From a virus, in IMG/VR virus record IMGVR_UViG_3300032116_015796, positions 1-64,000 of that record: DNA of 64,000 bases. One strand, written 5' to 3'. The notes beneath the pieces were generated by a model. That model was not told where the DNA came from. It searched no databases and worked only from the letters and a program-made list of their open reading frames with translations. Each line of letters begins with the position of its first letter. Position 1 is the stretch's first letter. A program made the translations under genes and the position numbers. Shown one piece after another: positions 58,449 to 64,000 of the stretch.

Positions 58449-60215
58449 TTACCTACCACCAAATAGCCACCCATATTTCATATATTCTTCTTTTCCAATG
58501 TTACCATTACTAAATTGACTTTTTCTTTCATTATAGTGAGGAATAACAGGATTGAACGATATTGAATTAGCGACATTTTCATTATTGTTTACTGACCAAG
58601 AATCAATCATAGCCTTTGTTTGTTGAGTAACTTTTGTTAGGTTACTAAATGATGATTCAGCAACATAAGTGGCCATAGATATCGCCATAATTAAGTCATC
58701 ATGATGACCTTTTTGGTGGTCGGGTCTACCATTTATATAAACAAACGTGTTCATTTCATTATATAAACGTGTACTGTAAATTCTAAATTCATGTCTCATA
58801 GCTTCCTCAAAAGAAGCAATTATTTGAACCCTTTTGTTATTGAAGTTGATACCAGGAATTTTCTCATTTGCTTTAGGGTCATACTTCCACTTGTTTCCAA
58901 TTTCAATACCATCTACGTATAAATTTTTGTAACCCATTTCTTGGAGTTTTCTTGCAGTAGAAACACCCATACCACCCGTGATATCAATCACAATATAACA
59001 AGAATACATATTAGCCCATTTATAACAAATCTCTGCCATAGTATCAGGAGGAAGTTTTCCAACATATTCTGCAACCTGTTCTCTTGTGTCAAAATCAATT
59101 ATTTGGAATGAACTAAAGTCTTCAGAGTCACCTCTCGATACATCGACACCCATTACATATTTGTGACCTACAACAGGTTCTTTCCATATCCAAAGAGCGT
59201 TACCCATCATTTTGTTTTCAGGGTCTTTAATCATATTTTCTCTAACTTTTTGCATCAAGTTGGAATCAAATACATTATCTCCTGAACCTAAGAAATTACA
59301 TTCTAATTCCTGAGAAACCTTTCTCTTATCATATTTTAGTTTTTTAACCATGCTTTCAAACCAATAGGAACATGGTTTGTACCCATCATCCATTAAACTT
59401 TGTAGTTCTTGATAATCTCTTTCAGGAAATGGTATTGATTGCCAACTAAGAATATCAGATTCTGTATATTCTTCTTTGTTTAGTAGGTAATGAATAATAT
59501 CTTTTGTTTTAACTAAATATAAATCTTTGGTGTACCTTGGGTCTCTAAACCAATACATCTCAGAAATTTTGAAGTCATTCATGTTTCTTAATGCTTGGTC
59601 GTAAATTTCATAATAAATTGGGTCGTATCCATTTGGAGTTGAGACAACGATAACCTTACCACCTGTAGAGAGTGAAGCCATACAAGCCGCCCAAAAATCA
59701 CTATCTGCTTCAATAAACGCCGCCTCGTCAAAAATAAGTACTGTCGGGGTAAATCCACGTAAAGCATCTTTTGATGTTGCGACCGCTTTAACCTCACAAC
59801 CATTTGTTAATTTATAATGTTTTTGAGAATTTTTTTCAGGTGCAAAATCTATATTCACCCAAGACGGCCATTGACCAACAAATGCTCTAATTTTGTTTGC
59901 CATCTCTAAAGATGTATCAAGTTTGTTAGCGATAATTAGAATTTTTTCAGGTTTTTCTTTTTTCGCAAAGGCTAATTTTTTTGAAACCCAAGCGGCGGTT
60001 ACTGTGGATACTCCCGCTTGACGATATTTTAATGCAATATTTTCATTGTATTCTTCATAATCTTGTAATAAAGATATTTGGTCAGGAAATAACTCTAAAG
60101 GGACATATTTTGATACTGTATTATCGTAAGTCTGTAAATACGTTTTAAGCGCGTATGGAGTATCTCTCATACATTTTACGTATTCCATAATTACTTGTTC
60201 TTTTGTTAAACTCAT
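58449..60215 (-). CDS. terL: Terminase large subunit (T4 gp17-like)
   Basis: LKYRQAGVST, LIFDEAAF, VSTPNG, QELEC.F.GS, YVMGVDVSRG, HDDLIMA. Confidence 0.95.
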   Translation of the reverse strand: MSLTKEQVIMEYVKCMRDTPYALKTYLQTYDNTVSKYVPLELFPDQISLLQDYEEYNENIALKYRQAGVSTVTAAWVSKKLAFAKKEKPEKILIIANKLDTSLEMANKIRAFVGQWPSWVNIDFAPEKNSQKHYKLTNGCEVKAVATSKDALRGFTPTVLIFDEAAFIEADSDFWAACMASLSTGGKVIVVSTPNGYDPIYYEIYDQALRNMNDFKISEMYWFRDPRYTKDLYLVKTKDIIHYLLNKEEYTESDILSWQSIPFPERDYQELQSLMDDGYKPCSYWFESMVKKLKYDKRKVSQELECNFLGSGDNVFDSNLMQKVRENMIKDPENKMMGNALWIWKEPVVGHKYVMGVDVSRGDSEDFSSFQIIDFDTREQVAEYVGKLPPDTMAEICYKWANMYSCYIVIDITGGMGVSTARKLQEMGYKNLYVDGIEIGNKWKYDPKANEKIPGINFNNKRVQIIASFEEAMRHEFRIYSTRLYNEMNTFVYINGRPDHQKGHHDDLIMAISMATYVAESSFSNLTKVTQQTKAMIDSWSVNNNENVANSISFNPVIPHYNERKSQFSNGNIGKEEYMKYGWLFGGR

Positions 60216-60238
60216 AAAATCACTTTATTATAAATATC

Positions 60239-60269
60239 AAAACCCTCATTTAATACTAAATGAGGGTTT
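60239..60269 (-). terminator. Rho-independent terminator
   Basis: AAACCCTCATTTA-gtat-TAAATGAGGGTTTT on minus strand. Confidence 0.8.
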
Positions 60270-60288
60270 CAAAGTGTGTAGGTTTGAT

Positions 60289-61611
60289 TTAGAATAAACC
60301 TGATATGTCTATATCATCTAAATCGTCATCATCATATTGTTTCATTGAATCTTCATAATCTTTTTTCTTCAAGTCAGACACGATTTCATCAACCATTCTT
60401 TGTATAAATTGAGTTCCTTTAGGGTCGTCTTTTAGAATTAACTTTGCAATTCTCATGAATTCTTTAGCGTCCAATCTTGAGAATCTCATAAACAAATAAT
60501 GTTGGATGTGTTTTTTATCTTCATCAAACAGTTCAATAGGATAAGTTTTTGTAAATTTTTCCCAAAAGATAGGTCCTAATCTTGAATCCCATATCTCGGC
60601 AGGTAATGTATCTTCCGCAGCTAAAACCATTTCAGCTTGTCTTGGGTCATCAGGTAAACCGTGTGTACCGAATATCTCATAGACACCTTTTACTAATTCG
60701 TGAACAAGTAATGGGAATGTTCCTGCTCTCGCCTTAACTGTCGGTGGGTCGGTTTGGTCATCAATTTCTGATTGTCCCATTTGTCCTCCTCCTGAACCTG
60801 CCATGGATTCCATATCAGGATATACCCAATACAAGTGTTCCATTAACGATTGTGTTACACCATATAAATTAAGTAGTCTTGGGTCTAATCTATTTAATTC
60901 CTGACCTACCAAAACATACATGTGACCTCCTTTGAACGCGGCGCCTTGAATTAATGAGTTTAAAAATCTTCTTTTTGCTCTCTCAAGGTTAAATTGTTCA
61001 AATGCGTCTGCAAATTCTTCTAAATCTTCTTTGTGTTTAAATGCTTCTTCAACATCCTCTTCATCAGGTTCTTGACCTTGAGTTTGCATTCCCTCCGCAG
61101 CTCCCATAGGACCGAAAACAAGTTTCGCGTCAAATTGTAAAGAACCTTCGGGAATACCTAATTCTTTTTTAACTAAGTCAACCGCCAAGTTTTCTAAATA
61201 TTCTTTGTTTTGTCTTTCAATCGATGAGATTTGTTGTAAACCTCCCATTGCCATTCCCATTAATCTCATTAATGGATTAGGACCTTGTATCGCTCCTGTA
61301 TCACCTAAATAACGTCTAACTTTTTCTACTGAATCCTTAAATCTTTTAGAAGCAATTAATTCAATAAAATCTCTATCCCCTTCAGGAATTGCAGGATGCT
61401 GATGGTATGGGGTTTGTTTCGAAGTGATTTTTCTTTCGATTCCAGGTTCCATTCTTTCAGGTCCTTCGTAATCTATCGGAGCTTCTTTTAATATTTTTTT
61501 AGTTTCATTTAATAATGAACGTTCTTTTTTTGTCAAACCCTCTGAAACTAATTTTTTTTCCAAATTAGATTTGGTTTTAAGTACTTTTTCCATTTTCGCG
61601 TTTAAACTCAT
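60289..61611 (-). CDS. Hypothetical phage protein (head module)
   Basis: 440-aa ORF; ILKEAP N-terminal motif; LVHELVKG. Confidence 0.75.
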   Translation of the reverse strand: MSLNAKMEKVLKTKSNLEKKLVSEGLTKKERSLLNETKKILKEAPIDYEGPERMEPGIERKITSKQTPYHQHPAIPEGDRDFIELIASKRFKDSVEKVRRYLGDTGAIQGPNPLMRLMGMAMGGLQQISSIERQNKEYLENLAVDLVKKELGIPEGSLQFDAKLVFGPMGAAEGMQTQGQEPDEEDVEEAFKHKEDLEEFADAFEQFNLERAKRRFLNSLIQGAAFKGGHMYVLVGQELNRLDPRLLNLYGVTQSLMEHLYWVYPDMESMAGSGGGQMGQSEIDDQTDPPTVKARAGTFPLLVHELVKGVYEIFGTHGLPDDPRQAEMVLAAEDTLPAEIWDSRLGPIFWEKFTKTYPIELFDEDKKHIQHYLFMRFSRLDAKEFMRIAKLILKDDPKGTQFIQRMVDEIVSDLKKKDYEDSMKQYDDDDLDDIDISGLF

Positions 61612-61613
61612 TT

Positions 61614-62654
61614 TTACTTTAAATTAATTCCGATTGATTTAAATGACAACCAATTAGGTAATTCTTCTTTACCCGCCTTTGGTGCTGGTTTAGGACCTGG
61701 CTTTGGTCTATAAGGGGTATCAGGAGTTGTCGGTTTTGTTGGTGTTTTTGGTTTTGGTGGTGCAATTGTTGGTGACCCTTGTTCGTTAGTCTCTTCTTTA
61801 TTTGCTTTAGGATTTGGTTTAGGTCCTGGTTTTGGTTTATAAGGATTGTCACGTTCTCTTTCCTTAGTTCTTTCCTTTTCCTTGGTTCTTTCCTTTTCTT
61901 TAGTCCCTTGTTCAGAAACCAAAGATAAAAATTCTTTTTTAGACATTTTTGGTGTCAGATGTTTTTCCAATATATTCATAATTCCTTTTTCTAAGTTACT
62001 TTCAAATTTTAAACTTGGACTAATGTCAGCAATTTTATTTTGCATATTTTTGTTAAACGCATTTCCAACCATATCCATATAGTTTTCGTTAGTTTCTTTT
62101 TTCTTTTTGTATTTTACTGTTTTCTCAGGGTGTAACTTTTCAGGTAATTTCTGAAACTGTTTTTTAGATGTCTTATCTGAAAACTCTTTAGCTTTTTTAC
62201 ACCATTCTTCTTTTTGTTTACCTTTACTTTTATCACATTTTGCCCAAAAATATTTTTGTTGAGCTTTAGACGCAAATTTTTCGGTTAATTCCATATTAGA
62301 TAACGCTAACGCCATTTCGTCATCACCTTTAGCACCTAATGATAGTGCAATATCATCATTTTCCAAATCGTCAGTTTCTTGAACGACCCTCATTCCACCA
62401 TCAGGTAAAGGTTGTAATTGACCCCCTTGTGGAATATTTATTGATTGTCCTTTACTCTTCATTGTGCTAACCTCTCCTGATGTATAATCAGTATAAGTTT
62501 TGGTCTCAGTTTTGGTGGTGGCTTCTTTAAGTTCTTTTTTAGACTCAACAAGTTTTCTGTATAAAACATTCACTTGTGATTCGTTTAATTCACCAAGAAG
62601 ATTACCACTAAAACCATGGTTTAACAAATGTAACAATTTATCGTTAGTTTTCAT
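61614..62654 (-). CDS. Hypothetical Lys/Pro-rich protein, putative internal head protein
   Basis: Several LxE motifs; duplicated PY(K/R)PKPGPKP.PKA; KEKERT repeats; start refined to ATG 62654. Confidence 0.7.
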   Translation of the reverse strand: MKTNDKLLHLLNHGFSGNLLGELNESQVNVLYRKLVESKKELKEATTKTETKTYTDYTSGEVSTMKSKGQSINIPQGGQLQPLPDGGMRVVQETDDLENDDIALSLGAKGDDEMALALSNMELTEKFASKAQQKYFWAKCDKSKGKQKEEWCKKAKEFSDKTSKKQFQKLPEKLHPEKTVKYKKKKETNENYMDMVGNAFNKNMQNKIADISPSLKFESNLEKGIMNILEKHLTPKMSKKEFLSLVSEQGTKEKERTKEKERTKERERDNPYKPKPGPKPNPKANKEETNEQGSPTIAPPKPKTPTKPTTPDTPYRPKPGPKPAPKAGKEELPNWLSFKSIGINLK

Positions 62655-63054
62655 AAACAACTTTCTTTTCAAATTCTAAAACGATGTCTCGTTCATATAA
62701 TTTATCTTTTACGGAAGATTCGGTTTCCCCAAATCTGAATACCAATCTTTTATTTAATTCAAAATTAACCTCATCAGATTCATTTTCCCAAGCCAATGCA
62801 ATAACTCCGTCAACCGCATCGACCATTGATAACCAATCGGATTTTTGAATCACTGAAAAATTAATTATATCGTGTTTCAATACTCCGACTTTTTTTATGT
62901 GTTCTAAATCAGGTGGTAAAGGATAACCATTTGCGGGTTTTGATTCCCAAGATTCCCCCCATATGTCCTCTATACTATCTGAGAAAATAAATTCGTAAAT
63001 ATTATCTCCTTTATAGTTCGGTCCTAATTCATTCACATAAATTAAAAAACTCAT
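62644..63054 (-). CDS. Hypothetical phage protein
   Basis: 136-aa coupled ORF. Confidence 0.7.
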   Translation of the reverse strand: MSFLIYVNELGPNYKGDNIYEFIFSDSIEDIWGESWESKPANGYPLPPDLEHIKKVGVLKHDIINFSVIQKSDWLSMVDAVDGVIALAWENESDEVNFELNKRLVFRFGETESSVKDKLYERDIVLEFEKKVVYEN

Positions 63055-64000
63055 ATAATACTACCTTTTGGTGTTACTTTAAGAGTTTTATTCTGTACTT
63101 CAAAAACTAAACATTTGTTATTTTTATTTTTTCCAACAAGTTTTGCGTTAGGGTATTTTTTTACCAACTTTGCTGAAGCAACTTCTTGGGAAATACTTTC
63201 TGACAAACTTTTAATTCTTTGCCTTGTCTTATTAGTTTTTTCAGTTTCAATATTTTTTTCTTTTTTCTTTTCTTCCAACATCAATCTTTCTTTTTCATCA
63301 ATTTTGAAATACTTAGTTAATACTTTTTCTACCTTAGACTCACCGAATAAACCTTCAATCATCTCTTCCATTCTACTAGCTTCTTCGTCTTTAATACCGC
63401 GGTGTTTAAGTTTAGAAGTTGCTCTACTTCCACCTGGTTTTCTATGTCTTGGGTAGTCGTCCTCCATATCGTCTTCTTCAGTGAAAAAACTTGCAACTAA
63501 ATTTTCCTTTTCTTTTTCACTCATGAAATCATCTTCTTCCGCCATTTCACCTTCAGGTTGTGGAGGTTCAGGAGCTTCCATACCCATTTCTTCTTCTCCA
63601 CCTTCAATTCCCATTTCTTCTTCTCCACCTTCGAATTTAGACATAATTTCATCTCTATCTTCTTCATCTAACGAGTTCAAATCTAAAGCCGATAATACTG
63701 AATTAATAACGTACTTTATATCCTTAGATGTCATTTCATTTTCTTCGTTAGATAAAAATGTTCTAATTTTTTGACCTAATTTACCTGTTAGTTTTTGGAT
63801 AGTTTTAAACGTAACCTCTTCTTCATCGTCTTCCATGTCTTGAGTATCGACTTCATCTTCCATTCCCATGTCATCTTCCATTCCCATATCATCAGTAGGA
63901 GCGGGTGCAGGAGCAGGTGCAGGTGCGGGAGCAGGAGCGGGTGCGGGAGTAGGTGCAGCTGGGGCTGGCATCTGTTCGTTAGTTTCGTGTTTTAAAAAGT
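63051..64000 (-). CDS. Acidic (PA)n/DDMGME-repeat protein, probable prohead core-like; 5' end probably outside window
   Basis: Frame stays open from ATG 63971 to the window edge (..FLKHETNEQMPAPA..). Confidence 0.7.
   Translation of the reverse strand, partial: FLKHETNEQMPAPAAPTPAPAPAPAPAPAPAPAPTDDMGMEDDMGMEDEVDTQDMEDDEEEVTFKTIQKLTGKLGQKIRTFLSNEENEMTSKDIKYVINSVLSALDLNSLDEEDRDEIMSKFEGGEEEMGIEGGEEEMGMEAPEPPQPEGEMAEEDDFMSEKEKENLVASFFTEEDDMEDDYPRHRKPGGSRATSKLKHRGIKDEEASRMEEMIEGLFGESKVEKVLTKYFKIDEKERLMLEEKKKEKNIETEKTNKTRQRIKSLSESISQEVASAKLVKKYPNAKLVGKNKNNKCLVFEVQNKTLKVTPKGSII

Noticed and set aside
1974-60237. Canonical T4 late promoters TATAAATA
   Set aside because: Where the octamer occurs near starts it points away from the adjacent gene; the sense-strand motif is its reverse complement
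1-64000. Alternative genetic code (stop reassignment as in some large phages)
   Set aside because: Code 11 gives long, densely packed, intact genes; TAG and TGA act as real stops next to downstream starts
1-64000. Giant eukaryotic virus origin suggested by GT60, PLOD, papain and annexin
   Set aside because: T4-like capsid, portal, terminase and protease, bS21, bacterial promoters and intrinsic terminators identify a bacteriophage

Overview
AT-rich 64 kb segment of a large tailed dsDNA phage with a T4-like head module, read in the standard genetic code. The host is most likely Bacteroidota. Support for this: a Flavobacteria-type bS21, TTTG-N20-TAnnTTTG promoters, a T9SS-cargo-like gene, a DUF4494-like gene and the general absence of Shine-Dalgarno sites. 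Left to right: (i) 1-14.2 kb (minus), Thr/Pro-rich putative virion proteins (beta-helix fibre, BppU-like, DUF285/BspA, LamG + papain protease) interrupted by a five-gene glycosylation cassette led by a GT60 (Gnt1/OGNT-like) polypeptide GlcNAc-transferase; (ii) small hypothetical genes and a stand-alone WYL protein; (iii) a ~16 kb sugar-modification locus (about 8 GTs, DegT, 2 NeuD-like, WbqC, Kce, 2 methyltransferases, cytidylyltransferase) interleaved with exonuclease, dUTPase and PhoH, ending in a gp55-like sigma factor; (iv) baseplate/spike genes and two Cys-rich paralogues; (v) putative head-cargo genes including an annexin-repeat protein, then a T9SS-cargo moron and an HNH endonuclease; (vi) the head module: major capsid, scaffold, prohead protease, rpsU (opposite strand), portal, large terminase. 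Best candidate novelties: a mucin-type virion O-glycosylation system (GT60 plus Thr-rich virion substrates), a phage annexin/glycine-zipper/PG-binding protein, and a lineage-specific late promoter (RTATTTAT, essentially the T4 late promoter reversed) with its candidate sigma factor. All family assignments come from motif recognition by eye; no database searches were run.
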